64,000 bases of DNA from Thermodesulfobacteriota bacterium (GTDB lineage: Bacteria; Desulfobacterota_D; UBA1144; Nemesobacterales; UBA2774): positions 64,001 through 128,000 of the forward strand of contig OY729416.1 in assembly GCA_963422265.1 (NCBI GenBank), written 5' to 3'. The position numbers and the translations under genes are program-made. The notes under the pieces are model-generated. The model did no database searches. It was not told where the DNA came from and worked only from the letters and a program-made list of their open reading frames with translations. Shown piece after piece: positions 52,944 to 63,314 of the stretch. Positions within the stretch are counted from its first letter, which is position 1. Each line of letters begins with the position of its first letter.

Positions 52944-54145
52944 GCACGCGGGAAGTAGTATCTGACGCCACCAGATACCTGATAAACGCTTATAATCGTT
53001 ATCCTATAGCAATGGTTAAGGGCAAGGGATGCTGGGTTTGGGACGCTGACGGGAAAAAATATCTAGATTTTGCGACGGGCATAGCCGTAAATAACCTGGG
53101 ACACTGCCACCCGGCAGTAACTAAGGCAATTAGAGAGCAGGCGAAAAGCCTTGTTCACGTCTCTAATCTTTACAACGTCGAGGCGCAAGCTCAGTTTGCG
53201 AAAACTCTGGTGGAGAACAGCTTTGCTGATAAGGTTTTCTTTTGCAACAGCGGCGCTGAAGCGAATGAGGGGGCTATAAAACTCGCAAGAAAATGGGGAT
53301 ACGCAACTGGTGGCAGATACAAAATTATCCATGCAGCGGATTCTTTTCATGGGAGAACTTTGGGCGCCTTGAGTGCAACCAACGAGAAATACCAAGAAGG
53401 GTTCAAACCCCTTGTGAGCGGATTTAAGTCCGTTGCTTACGGCGAAATCGAGTCCCTTGAGAAAGCACTTGAGGACAAAAAAGTATGCGCCCTTATTCTC
53501 GAGCCTATACAGGGAGAAAACGGCGTCATAATCCCGGACGATGAATACGTCAAGAGGGCGCGAAGGCTCTGCACAGAGAATAACGTCCTTTTGATCCTTG
53601 ACGAGATACAGGTCGGGATTGGCAGAACGGGAAATCTATTCGCTTATGAACACTGGGGGGGGATAAAACCCGACGTTATGACGCTTGCTAAGGCGCTGGG
53701 CGGCGGAATCCCCTGCGGAGCTTTTCTGGCGACCGATAAAGTAGCCAAACACCTAAAGCCGGGAGACCATGGAACTACGCTGGGTGGTAATCCGCTCGCA
53801 ATGAGAGCTGGACAAGCCGTAATTAAGGAGATCCTCAACGGCGAATTGCTTAATTACGTAAGGAGTGCCGGAGAATACTTTCTCCAAAAGATCAACGCCT
53901 TAAAAGACAAATATGGAGAATTCATAAAAGACGTGAGGGGTAGGGGACTAATAATCGGCATAGAATTTAAGGACGAAGAAACCGCAAATAAAGTAGTTGG
54001 GAAAAGCATGGAAGCAGGACTGCTGACTATACTGACTGAGCGAAGAGTAATGCGAATCCTGCCACCGCTCATTGTAAAAGAAAAAGAAATTGACTATGCG
54101 ATTAAAAAAATTTGGAAGTCCCTAAAAGAGGTGGCTGATGGCTAA
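52940..54145 (+). CDS. argD: Acetylornithine aminotransferase
   Basis: NSGAEANE, FHGRT, DEIQVGIGRTG, AKALGGG; lies between argB and argF. Confidence 0.95.
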   Translation: MSTREVVSDATRYLINAYNRYPIAMVKGKGCWVWDADGKKYLDFATGIAVNNLGHCHPAVTKAIREQAKSLVHVSNLYNVEAQAQFAKTLVENSFADKVFFCNSGAEANEGAIKLARKWGYATGGRYKIIHAADSFHGRTLGALSATNEKYQEGFKPLVSGFKSVAYGEIESLEKALEDKKVCALILEPIQGENGVIIPDDEYVKRARRLCTENNVLLILDEIQVGIGRTGNLFAYEHWGGIKPDVMTLAKALGGGIPCGAFLATDKVAKHLKPGDHGTTLGGNPLAMRAGQAVIKEILNGELLNYVRSAGEYFLQKINALKDKYGEFIKDVRGRGLIIGIEFKDEETANKVVGKSMEAGLLTILTERRVMRILPPLIVKEKEIDYAIKKIWKSLKEVADG

Positions 54146-55055
54146 ACACTTTCTTAGCGTCTTTGACCTAACCAAGAAAGACTTTGAGTTTCTTTTCAAA
54201 AGAGCATCTGAACTAAAGGCTGAGAAGAAAGCTGATAAGAGAAATCGAGCACTCGAGGGAAAATCCATAGGTATGATATTTGAAAAGCTTTCAACTAGGA
54301 CACGGGTTTCCTTCGAGGTCGGTATCAACGATCTAGGTGCTAACGCCTTATATATGAACCCGAATGATATGCAGCTAGGAAGGGGCGAGACCATAGCCGA
54401 TACGGCTAAAATCCTTTCTTCATATTTAGACGGGGTAATAATAAGAACCTATGAGCAGGAAAGGATTGAGGAATTCGCCAGCAACTCATCTATTCCTGTA
54501 ATAAACGCCCTGACTGACCTTGGTCACCCAACCCAAATTGTCTCAGACCTCTTCACAATCACGGAACAGGGGGCTAGGCTGAGCGATATAAAGCTGGCAT
54601 ACCTGGGGGACGGAAATAATATAGCCAACTCGTTTATAGGGGCAGCGGCTATCTTGGGCTTTAACCTTACTATAGCCGCGCCTAGGAGCTATGAGCCAAA
54701 CCCTGAAATTCTAAACAAGGCTAAGGGTGTGCGTAACGAAGGGATTGAGATATTAAGCGACCCACAAGAAGCCGCTCGCGAGGCGGACGTACTATATACG
54801 GACGTCTGGTTCAGTATGGGACAGGAAAAAGACCCAAGCAAGCTAACCGCACTTAGACCTTACCAGATAAACAAGGAGATGTTGTCAATAGCGAAACCCG
54901 GCGCATACGTAATGCACTGCCTGCCTGCGCACAGGGGCGAGGAAATCACCGATGAGGTAATGGAGGGACCAAACTCCATAATTTTTGAGCAGGCAGAAAA
55001 TAAACTGCATGCAGGAAAGGCGATATTAGAGATGTTTTTGAAGGGGGGTAACTAG
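54138..55055 (+). CDS. argF: Ornithine carbamoyltransferase
   Basis: STRTR, HPTQ, SMG, HCLP. Confidence 0.97.
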   Translation: MAKHFLSVFDLTKKDFEFLFKRASELKAEKKADKRNRALEGKSIGMIFEKLSTRTRVSFEVGINDLGANALYMNPNDMQLGRGETIADTAKILSSYLDGVIIRTYEQERIEEFASNSSIPVINALTDLGHPTQIVSDLFTITEQGARLSDIKLAYLGDGNNIANSFIGAAAILGFNLTIAAPRSYEPNPEILNKAKGVRNEGIEILSDPQEAAREADVLYTDVWFSMGQEKDPSKLTALRPYQINKEMLSIAKPGAYVMHCLPAHRGEEITDEVMEGPNSIIFEQAENKLHAGKAILEMFLKGGN

Positions 55056-55139
55056 TAACAAAAGGCTCGTCGTCCACTCCTAGTATGGACATATCCGCGT
55101 ATGGACATATCCGCAGATCTTCTAATAAGCCCTAATTCT

Positions 55140-56360
55140 CTATGCGGCACTGACTGCCGCTCTGTTAGACTCAAATACCTGACGTATACCGTAGGTAGTG
55201 TTTCTTTCCGCGGGTATGCGTCCTATTTCTTCGGTAAGCCTTCTAAACTCCTCTGGTGGAAAATACTGTCCATAGCTTGCCCCAGCGGAGCGTGATATTT
55301 GCTCTTCCATAAGCGTCCCCCCAAAATCGTTCGCCCCCGCCGTGAGGGAGAATTGTGCGAATTCAGGTCCCTGTTTTACCCACGAAACTTGTATGTTGTT
55401 TATCCATCCCCTCAACATCAGCCTTGAAACCCCATACATCTTGAGCTGATCAATATCCGTAGGGCCCTCGGCGACCTTTCCCTTGGAATGCTGAAAAAGC
55501 CTAGTATTCCATGGGATAAACCGTAGGGGCACGAATTCCGTGAACCCACCGGTCTCCTTCTGTATGTCTCTTAAAATACCGATGTGCTCCGCCCAGTGGT
55601 GGGGCTCGTCAACGTGACCATACATAATGGTAGAAGTAGTGCGCATACCCGACCTATGAGCTTTCTTTACAATCCTGATCCATGCCTCGGTAGGCATTTT
55701 TCTGGGAGCTATGATTTTCCTTACTTCCTCTACGAGTATTTCGGCCGCCGTTCCGGGAAAGGTATCGTGCCCTGCGTCTTTGAGCATCTCAATAAATTCT
55801 TCTTCGCTTATGCCGAGCGTCTCGGCACCGTAGTATATCTCAAAAGGAGAAAAGGCGTGTGTGTGCATCTGCGGCACGGCTTTTTTAACCGCCCTTACAA
55901 GCTCTACATAGAAATTACCGTCAATGTCAGGGTGCATTCCCCCCTGCATACATACCTCAGTAGCGCCGATCTCCCATGCTTCCCTCACCCTGTCAGCAAT
56001 CTCATCCATGGTAAGAAAGTACGCCCTTTCATCCCCCTCCGGAGCCATAAAATTACAAAACCCGCAGTAGGTATTGCACACGTTCGTAAAGTTGATATTC
56101 CTGTTTACGACGTAGGTAACCACGTCTCCGACGTCCTCTCTTCTTATTTCATCGGCAGTTATAGCCAAAGCCGATAGGTCATCCATGCTATCTATATTAA
56201 AAAGTCCCTCAGCCTCTTTAACGGAAATTTCCTCGCCGACGAGTGCCTTGTGCAGAACGCGGGCGGTAGAAACACTCACTCCTGCCTTAGACAAAAGATT
56301 ATCCAATCCCCTGGCTCTGTTCTCTTCGATCCTATCTATAGCCTCTTTAATGCGATTCAT
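55140..56360 (-). CDS. cofH: FO synthase subunit CofH (radical SAM)
   Basis: VVNRNINFTNVCxxxCxxC, GATEVCMQGG, HAFSP, NIQVSWVK, NDFGGTLMEE; likely start is the ATG at 56360. Confidence 0.93.
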   Translation of the reverse strand: MNRIKEAIDRIEENRARGLDNLLSKAGVSVSTARVLHKALVGEEISVKEAEGLFNIDSMDDLSALAITADEIRREDVGDVVTYVVNRNINFTNVCNTYCGFCNFMAPEGDERAYFLTMDEIADRVREAWEIGATEVCMQGGMHPDIDGNFYVELVRAVKKAVPQMHTHAFSPFEIYYGAETLGISEEEFIEMLKDAGHDTFPGTAAEILVEEVRKIIAPRKMPTEAWIRIVKKAHRSGMRTTSTIMYGHVDEPHHWAEHIGILRDIQKETGGFTEFVPLRFIPWNTRLFQHSKGKVAEGPTDIDQLKMYGVSRLMLRGWINNIQVSWVKQGPEFAQFSLTAGANDFGGTLMEEQISRSAGASYGQYFPPEEFRRLTEEIGRIPAERNTTYGIRQVFESNRAAVSAA

Positions 56361-57639
56361 TGAACGCCTCCTCGGATGGAACGTAGCCCTCGTCGTCAAC
56401 AAAACTTTTTACCTGCGTAAGCAGACCCTCTTCAATAAACTCCCTATCTATGTATTCAGGATAAACTGGAAGCCTCTCCTTTAGCGTAAATCCGATCTCA
56501 TGCACCAGCTCGGTCATTTTTGTAAGCTTAGGCCATGGGGCTTCGGGATTAACGTAATCTATTGTAACCGGCGATACCCCGCCAAGATCGTTAATTCCAG
56601 CGTGAATAAACAAAGGGTAAGTCTCGGGGTTAAGGTTAGGGGGAACCTGTATGTTCATCTTCTCACCAAATATAAGCCTTGATACAGCTACTATTTTCAG
56701 CATCTCTATAAAAGAAGGCGGGGGGTAGCTCTCCATAATAATACCTTCCTTTGGACTGAAGTTCTGAATTATGATTTCCTGAATATGTCCATATTCATCG
56801 TTTAGACGTCTAAGGGCAAATAGGGAGTCTATCCTTTCATCCCACGTCTCACCAATTCCCACAAGAATCCCTGACGTCCAAGGCACTCGTAAATCCCCAG
56901 CCAATTCCATAGTTTTCATTCTGAGTTTGGGAACCTTATCAGGACACCGATGATGAGCCTCGTCCTTGTAAAGCAGCCTTGTGCTTATATTCTCAAGCAT
57001 AAGTCCCATGCTCGGATTAGACCTTCTAAACGCGAGGAGCTCCTCACGCGTAGCCAGACCAAGATTCGTGTGAGGGAATATATTATGCTTAAGTCCTACT
57101 TCACCCATCGCAGCTAAATACGCAGCCGTTGTTTCATAACCCAGTCGTCTAAGCGCCTCACGGTAAGACGGGTATTTGAGTTCGGGTTTGTCTCCAGTTA
57201 CAAAAAGCAGCTCGGTGCAGCCTAAATGAGCGCCCTTCCTCGCCATATCCAGCACTTCATCGGGTTTCATAAATAGGGGACCTTCCGTCGGCTCGTACTT
57301 AAAAGTGCAATAACCGCAGTGATTTCGGCAAAGCTGCGTAAGGGGGACAAAAACGTTCTTAGAGAAGGTGAGCGTTTGTCCCTTGCCTCGATCTCTTAAT
57401 CTTGACGCTACAAAAAGGAGCGCTGGAATTTCTTCTTCACTTATATCAATCAGCTTAAGCGCTTCTTCCCTGTTTATAAGCCTACCGTCATCCGCCTTAT
57501 TCAGTATAGTCCGAATCCCTTTGGATAACCTGATCTTAGGGGCGTTGCTAAGATCTAAAAACCGGAATACACGACTAGAATCCGATGCCTCCGCGCTACC
57601 TCCACGTGCATTATCTCTACACATGCTATTCGCACACAC
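56347..57639 (-). CDS. cofG: FO synthase subunit CofG (radical SAM)
   Basis: TFSKNVFVPLTQLCRNHCGYC, SMGLMLE, PDKVP, HIQEIIIQNF, DLGGVSPVT..NPEAPWP. Confidence 0.93.
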   Translation of the reverse strand: MCANSMCRDNARGGSAEASDSSRVFRFLDLSNAPKIRLSKGIRTILNKADDGRLINREEALKLIDISEEEIPALLFVASRLRDRGKGQTLTFSKNVFVPLTQLCRNHCGYCTFKYEPTEGPLFMKPDEVLDMARKGAHLGCTELLFVTGDKPELKYPSYREALRRLGYETTAAYLAAMGEVGLKHNIFPHTNLGLATREELLAFRRSNPSMGLMLENISTRLLYKDEAHHRCPDKVPKLRMKTMELAGDLRVPWTSGILVGIGETWDERIDSLFALRRLNDEYGHIQEIIIQNFSPKEGIIMESYPPPSFIEMLKIVAVSRLIFGEKMNIQVPPNLNPETYPLFIHAGINDLGGVSPVTIDYVNPEAPWPKLTKMTELVHEIGFTLKERLPVYPEYIDREFIEEGLLTQVKSFVDDEGYVPSEEAFNESH

Positions 57640-57744
57640 TTTGTTCAGTCCTTTTGTTCAATCCTTACCCACAAGAAATCAATTCCATCAAGCTACTCTA
57701 GCTAGAGTAGTATAATGTTCACACAAAGATAATAAACTTGTCAA

Positions 57745-57926
57745 GCCCCTATGCAGAATTCCTGCCCCTGCTTAGTACATACAGGGACATGCTTACGCAG
57801 GAATGACGGACGGGGGTATGGATTCCCGCCCTTTCCATCATTTGTAGGGGTAACCCTCGTGGTTACCCACCACCCTTGCACCATAGGGCCTTGCGCCATA
57901 GGGCGACCACAAGGATCGCCCCTACA
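57745..57926. repeat. REP-like mosaic cluster (unfilled GTAG-type REP pair plus a GTCATTCCTG-type hairpin with nested insert)
   Basis: GTAGGGGTAACCCTCGTGGTTACCC...GGGCGACCACAAGGATCGCCCCTAC; the left part matches 14204-14280. Confidence 0.85.
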
Positions 57927-58098
57927 GAAAAAGAGAATATTCATAAGGTATGGTCGCTAGGTCGGGCGATTGATGTTATAATAGCAACGATCACTAGGAA
58001 TGATAATCCACAGTATCCAATCTGCGTTAATATGCAGATATATCCTTAAGTCGGATGTATGCTTAAAGCAGATATATGCTTGAAAAGGAGGAGATGCA

Positions 58099-58377
58099 AT
58101 GGCGCTTTTGTCCGAGTCTGAAATAACGGATGGTTTGAGAGATATAGCGGGCTGGGGGAGCGAGAAAAATGAGATTATAAAGGAATACAAATTTAAGAAT
58201 TTCGTGGAATCCATTGGATTCGTAAATAAGGTCTCAATACTGGCTGAAAAATGGGATCACCATCCTGATATTCTGATTCGTTATAATAAAGTCAATATAG
58301 TTTTATCAACCCACAGTGAAGGCGGCGTAACCGTTAGGGATTTAGCTTTGGCAAGGGAGATCGAAGATATAGCTTGA
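58099..58377 (+). CDS. phhB: Pterin-4a-carbinolamine dehydratase
   Basis: AEKWDHHPDI, LSTHSEGGVT..DLALA. Confidence 0.93.
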   Translation: MALLSESEITDGLRDIAGWGSEKNEIIKEYKFKNFVESIGFVNKVSILAEKWDHHPDILIRYNKVNIVLSTHSEGGVTVRDLALAREIEDIA

Positions 58378-58384
58378 GCGCTTC

Positions 58385-58660
58385 TTAAGGCTTTTTCTCA
58401 TTTTTAAGAATTTTGTATTCGTCTTCTTCTAGTATAACGGTTCTTCCATCCTGGCTCATTTTTCTGGTTTTCCTCTTCTTGTCTGATGAGAAAAAACGGA
58501 TGATGCCAAATATCAGCATCGCTGCGCTGATCACAATACCGATAAAGAAACCAAAGATAGCCAATACGCTGAATATAACTATTCCGAGCAGTAACGCCAT
58601 TGGTAAAAGGTAGAAAGGCGGCTTGCCATTATGGAAATAAACCCTGCGATTAGCTTTCAT
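58385..58660 (-). CDS. Small hypothetical membrane protein
   Basis: Long hydrophobic hairpin followed by a basic tail; SD GGAG upstream. Confidence 0.65.
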   Translation of the reverse strand: MKANRRVYFHNGKPPFYLLPMALLLGIVIFSVLAIFGFFIGIVISAAMLIFGIIRFFSSDKKRKTRKMSQDGRTVILEEDEYKILKNEKKP

Positions 58661-58866
58661 CTTTTCTCCGCATCTATAATCTTAGAATAATAGCTATAAT
58701 CTTAAAACAATACACAAAGCAGTTTACCCGTTAATAATGAGAATTATAAGCCTCTAAATAGACTGCGTATGAGTAACGTAGTCTCTGATCACGTTTATCT
58801 GGTCATTGTAATGAGGCGCGGGTAGGATTATACGGATTAAAAGGGCATATTATCGGGTTGTAATAT

Positions 58867-59703
58867 ATGAAATTCGGGGCTCACGTGTCAATATCAGGGG
58901 GGATTGATAAAGCACCTGGGAGAGCTTTTGACCTTGGATGCGAGTGCTTTCAGATATTCACTAGATCGCCGCGAGGGGGCAAGCCATCTGAGCTAAACGA
59001 GAATCTGTTGGATTCGTTTTTGAGCAACTGCGCTAAGCATGGATTCGCTGATTATTACGTACACGCACCTTATTACGTCAACCTATCTTCAGATAATAAA
59101 GAGGTAAGGCGTTCATCTATAGAGATAATAAAAGAAGAGCTTAAAAGAAGCAGTCTCCTGGGGGCTAATTATGTAATGACTCATTTGGGGAGTGCAGGGA
59201 ATGCGAGCAGGAGCGGTGCGGTGCAAATACTCGCGTCTAGTTTAAGGGAGGTGCTTGAGGGCTATGAATGTGAAACCAAGCTTCTTTTGGAAAACTCCGC
59301 TGGACAGGGAGGCACTGTTGGAGATAGATTTGAGGAACTAGCCTACGTTATAGATGAAGTAGGAGAGCCGTGTCTTGGGATTTGTATAGACACGGCGCAT
59401 CTTTTTGCATCGGGCTACGATCTAAGAACAAGCGAGGAACTCAAGAATATGCTATCCGAGCTCTCGCGTGTAATAGATATAAGCAGGGTAAAACTAATTC
59501 ACGGAAATGATTCAAAGGTCGGGCTGGGAGAGAGGAAAGATAGACACGAGCAGGTAGGCAAGGGCAAAATAGGGGAGAGGGGATTTAGGGCTATTGTGAA
59601 CAACCCACTTCTGAGGGGTGTGGACGTTATAGTGGAAATTCCACCGGAGAAGGTGGGGGAGGATATAAAGTTTTTGAAAAGTATGAGAGAAGGAGGAGCT
59701 TAA
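58867..59703 (+). CDS. nfo: Endonuclease IV
   Basis: GAHVSI, HAPYYVNL, LLENSAGQG, DTAH, HGNDSK, DRHE. Confidence 0.96.
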   Translation: MKFGAHVSISGGIDKAPGRAFDLGCECFQIFTRSPRGGKPSELNENLLDSFLSNCAKHGFADYYVHAPYYVNLSSDNKEVRRSSIEIIKEELKRSSLLGANYVMTHLGSAGNASRSGAVQILASSLREVLEGYECETKLLLENSAGQGGTVGDRFEELAYVIDEVGEPCLGICIDTAHLFASGYDLRTSEELKNMLSELSRVIDISRVKLIHGNDSKVGLGERKDRHEQVGKGKIGERGFRAIVNNPLLRGVDVIVEIPPEKVGEDIKFLKSMREGGA

Positions 59704-59705
59704 CA

Positions 59706-60167
59706 ATGTCCAGCATATTAAAAGTTGGAGACAGGGCGCCCGATATAGAGGCTGAGACCTACGGTGGAGAGAAGATAAGGCTAAGCGGCTACGAAGGAGA
59801 TAAACATATAGCGCTTTACTTTTACCCAAGGGACAACACCGGCACTTGCACAAAAGAAGCGTGCTCTATGAGGGATGGTATGCAGGGGCTTGAAAAGCTT
59901 GACGTTCAAGTACTGGGTGTAAGCACTGACAGCGTCAGATCCCATGAGGGTTTTAGAAATAAGCACAATCTCAATTTTCCGCTTCTGAGTGATAAAAGCA
60001 GGGAAATCATCAAAGCATACGGGGTAGAGAGCGCATATGGCTCGGCGAAGAGGACGACTTTTTTAATAGATAAGTCTGGAGTAATAAGATATATATGGCT
60101 AAAGGTAAAAGCCTCTCAACACGCAGAGGAAGTAGCTGAAAAGGTAAAAGAGTTGGGTTTGAACTGA
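59706..60167 (+). CDS. bcp: Peroxiredoxin BCP/PrxQ
   Basis: LYFYPRDNTGTCTKEAC, FPLLSD, RTTFLID. Confidence 0.93.
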   Translation: MSSILKVGDRAPDIEAETYGGEKIRLSGYEGDKHIALYFYPRDNTGTCTKEACSMRDGMQGLEKLDVQVLGVSTDSVRSHEGFRNKHNLNFPLLSDKSREIIKAYGVESAYGSAKRTTFLIDKSGVIRYIWLKVKASQHAEEVAEKVKELGLN

Positions 60168-60194
60168 TGAGCACTTAGGGATTAGGTAACTTTC

Positions 60195-63056
60195 TCAAGC
60201 TGCCCTGCCGCAGCACTTTTTATATTTTTTGCCGCTCCCGCACGGGCATGGGCTGTTTCTCCCGATCTTTTTCTGTTGTCTCCTAATTGGTTTCCTAGCC
60301 TGTTCTTGCCCTCCTCCGCTGAGGGTCATGCGCTGCTGCCTCGCCCTTTTTTGCTCAAGCTCTTCTACTTCCGTTTCGCTTATAGGTTGAACCTTAAACA
60401 GTTTTTCGCACACGTCCATGTCCAGTCGGTTCATAAGAGAGCTAAACATATCATAGCCCTCTTTTTTGTATTCGTGAAGCGGATTTCTCTGAGCGTATCC
60501 CCTAAGCCCTATTCCCTCTCTTAGATGATCCATGCTAAGTAGGTGGTCTTTCCAAAGATAATCCAACGTTTGAAGCATCAAATACCTTTCAATCTGCCTC
60601 ATCGCTTCATAGCCTACGTTTCTCTCTTTGTCTTCATAATAATCTCGCGTCTTTTCACCTATAAATAGGTGTAGAGACTCTTTTTTGAAACCGCTCTTCA
60701 TGATCTCCTCAAAGTCAACTTCCACGTTGAAAATGGCACGTAGGGATTCCTTTAATTCGTTTAGGTCAAGGGAGTCTGAATTCGTTTCATCGGGAATCAA
60801 AGAGGAGGTTAGGTCATCAATAATATTATCAGCCATTTCATAGAGATTTTCTTTCAAGGTCTCGCCGCCAGCCAGATATTCCTTTCTCTTCGTATAGATC
60901 ACGTCTCTTTGCACGTTCAACACGTCATCGTATTCCAGCAGGTGCTTTCTTATATCAAAGTTTCTACCTTCTACCTTCTTTTGTGAATTCTCAATCGACT
61001 TGGTAATCATTCTGTGCTCTATAGGCGCTCCCTCTTCCCAACCGAGCCTATTCATAACGCTAGTTATGGTCTCTGAAGCAAAGATTCTCATCAAATTGTC
61101 TTCCAGCGACACGTAGAAGCGCGAGGATCCCGGGTCGCCCTGTCTCCCAGCCCTACCGCGAAGCTGGTTGTCTATTCTTCGTGATTCGTGTCTTTCGGTT
61201 CCTATTATATGAAGACCGCCAAGCTCAAGGACGGTTTTCTTCTCTTCTTCGCAAATAGATCTCGCCTCTAGCATAGCATCCTCAAACCGCTTGGGCTCCA
61301 CTTCGGATGGATCGTGAACGTTATATTTCTTTTTAAGTATATCAAGAGCCAGATACTCTGGATTTCCACCTAGCAAAATATCAGTGCCTCGCCCTGCCAT
61401 GTTAGTTGCTATGGTGACAGATCCGATCCTCCCTGCCTGTGCGACGATTCCCGCTTCGTTCTCATGCTGCTTTGCGTTTAAGACGCGGTGATCTATGTTG
61501 AGCTTCTTAAGCATTTTGCCGAGTTGTTCGGATTGTTCGATTGACGTAGTTCCCACGAGTATGGGACGGCCTAACTCGTTCTTAGATTTTATTTCATCAA
61601 CTACGGCATTGAATTTCTCTCGTTCCGTTTTATAGATGGCGTCGTTAGAATCAATTCTTATCATGGGCTTATTGGTTGGTATGACGTTCACGTCCAGCTT
61701 ATAAATATTCTTGAACTCAAAGGCTTCCGTGTCAGCCGTGCCCGTCATTCCGGCAAGCTTGCGATACATCCTGAAGTAGTTCTGAATCGTTATAGTGGCA
61801 AGGGTCTGATTCTCACTCTCTATCTCAACCCCTTCTTTGGCTTCTATGGCTTGATGCAGTCCGTCACTCCACCTTCTTCCGGGCATAAGTCTTCCCGTGA
61901 ATTCATCTACAATAATTACTTGCTTGTCTTTGACCATGTAATCCACGTCGCGGTGAAATAGGTTATGGGCACGCAGTCCCTGTATTACATGGTGCAAAAG
62001 CTCAAGGTTAACCGGATCGTAAATGTTGCTTACGCCAAGCGCCTGCTCTATTTTGTTAGAACCTTCCTCCGTTGGCGTTGCTTGTTTTGTCTTTTCGTCA
62101 ATTGTAAAGTCAGTTTCGTTTTTTAGTCCATTTACTACTCTGTTAATATCGTAGTAAAGCTTTGTGGAATCTTCAGAGGGTCCCGAAATGATTAAAGGGG
62201 TCCTAGCTTCGTCAATTAATATGCTGTCAACCTCGTCAACTATCACAAAGTTGTGCTTTCTCTGGACGTAGTCGTCGAGGGAAAACTTCATATTGTCCCT
62301 AAGATAATCAAATCCAAACTCGTTATTGGTCCCGTAGGTAGCGTGAGCATTGTAGGCCTCTTTTCTTGAACACTCTACGAGCTTAGTCTTAAAGGTGGCA
62401 AGGACGTCCAGGTTTCTTTCGGGGGGAATCTCAGCATCCGAGTATTCTTGGGGCCACACTGATAGGTTATTTTCAATCGCGTTTCGTGCTTGATCTTGGT
62501 TTTCCCATTCCACAAGATATGAAATTTCGTGGTTTATGACGCCGACTTCCAAACCCAGTATTTTATATATAGGTCCCATCCATACTGCGTCGCGTCTTGC
62601 TAGGTAATCGTTCACCGTTACAAGGTGGGAGCCCAGACCAGTTATTCCATTGAGGTAAAGTGGGAGTGCTGCCACCAGGGTTTTGCCCTCACCGGTTTTC
62701 ATCTCTGCGATTTTACCCTGGTGAAGCGCCAGTCCTCCTAAGAGCTGCATGTCAAAAGGGCGCATACCTAAAGTTCTGCGGGCAGCTTCCCTGACGACGG
62801 CAAAGGCTTCGGGGGCTATATCCCAAAGAGCTTTCTCTAATGCTTTCAAATCCGCTTCGTCATCGGACTCGCCACTGTTGTTCAGATTACTTTTAATAAC
62901 CTCTTTGAATTGCTCTGTTCTTCTACTTAGCTCCGCGTTTGAAACGTGCAGCAATTCAGCTTCGCACTTGCCTATTCCCTTAATTACTGGTCTGAGTTTC
63001 TTAAGCTCTTTTTCGTTCTGAGAGCCGATAATTTTCTTTACCAAATAAGAAATCAT
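60195..63056 (-). CDS. secA: Protein translocase subunit SecA
   Basis: [49 protein letters not shown]; likely start is the ATG at 63056. Confidence 0.99.
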   Translation of the reverse strand: MISYLVKKIIGSQNEKELKKLRPVIKGIGKCEAELLHVSNAELSRRTEQFKEVIKSNLNNSGESDDEADLKALEKALWDIAPEAFAVVREAARRTLGMRPFDMQLLGGLALHQGKIAEMKTGEGKTLVAALPLYLNGITGLGSHLVTVNDYLARRDAVWMGPIYKILGLEVGVINHEISYLVEWENQDQARNAIENNLSVWPQEYSDAEIPPERNLDVLATFKTKLVECSRKEAYNAHATYGTNNEFGFDYLRDNMKFSLDDYVQRKHNFVIVDEVDSILIDEARTPLIISGPSEDSTKLYYDINRVVNGLKNETDFTIDEKTKQATPTEEGSNKIEQALGVSNIYDPVNLELLHHVIQGLRAHNLFHRDVDYMVKDKQVIIVDEFTGRLMPGRRWSDGLHQAIEAKEGVEIESENQTLATITIQNYFRMYRKLAGMTGTADTEAFEFKNIYKLDVNVIPTNKPMIRIDSNDAIYKTEREKFNAVVDEIKSKNELGRPILVGTTSIEQSEQLGKMLKKLNIDHRVLNAKQHENEAGIVAQAGRIGSVTIATNMAGRGTDILLGGNPEYLALDILKKKYNVHDPSEVEPKRFEDAMLEARSICEEEKKTVLELGGLHIIGTERHESRRIDNQLRGRAGRQGDPGSSRFYVSLEDNLMRIFASETITSVMNRLGWEEGAPIEHRMITKSIENSQKKVEGRNFDIRKHLLEYDDVLNVQRDVIYTKRKEYLAGGETLKENLYEMADNIIDDLTSSLIPDETNSDSLDLNELKESLRAIFNVEVDFEEIMKSGFKKESLHLFIGEKTRDYYEDKERNVGYEAMRQIERYLMLQTLDYLWKDHLLSMDHLREGIGLRGYAQRNPLHEYKKEGYDMFSSLMNRLDMDVCEKLFKVQPISETEVEELEQKRARQQRMTLSGGGQEQARKPIRRQQKKIGRNSPCPCGSGKKYKKCCGRAA

Positions 63057-63314
63057 GTTCTTATATAAACCTCTTCCCTGAGACGTCCCCCTCCTCCCCA
63101 CTTTGTTAACCTGAACGAAGTTATCACAAGTTTTTGACCGTGCCACACGTTATTTCGATCGCAGAAGGATATATTTTAAGCCGTTCTTTAAGAGATTAGA
63201 TTCATTGGCTCTATTTCGCTTCACTCGTAATGACAATTGTCTAGCTTCTTAACTTTATTCTACTCCATTCCTTGCATACATAAAGACCTGCTGACCATTC
63301 CATTAATTAAAGCG

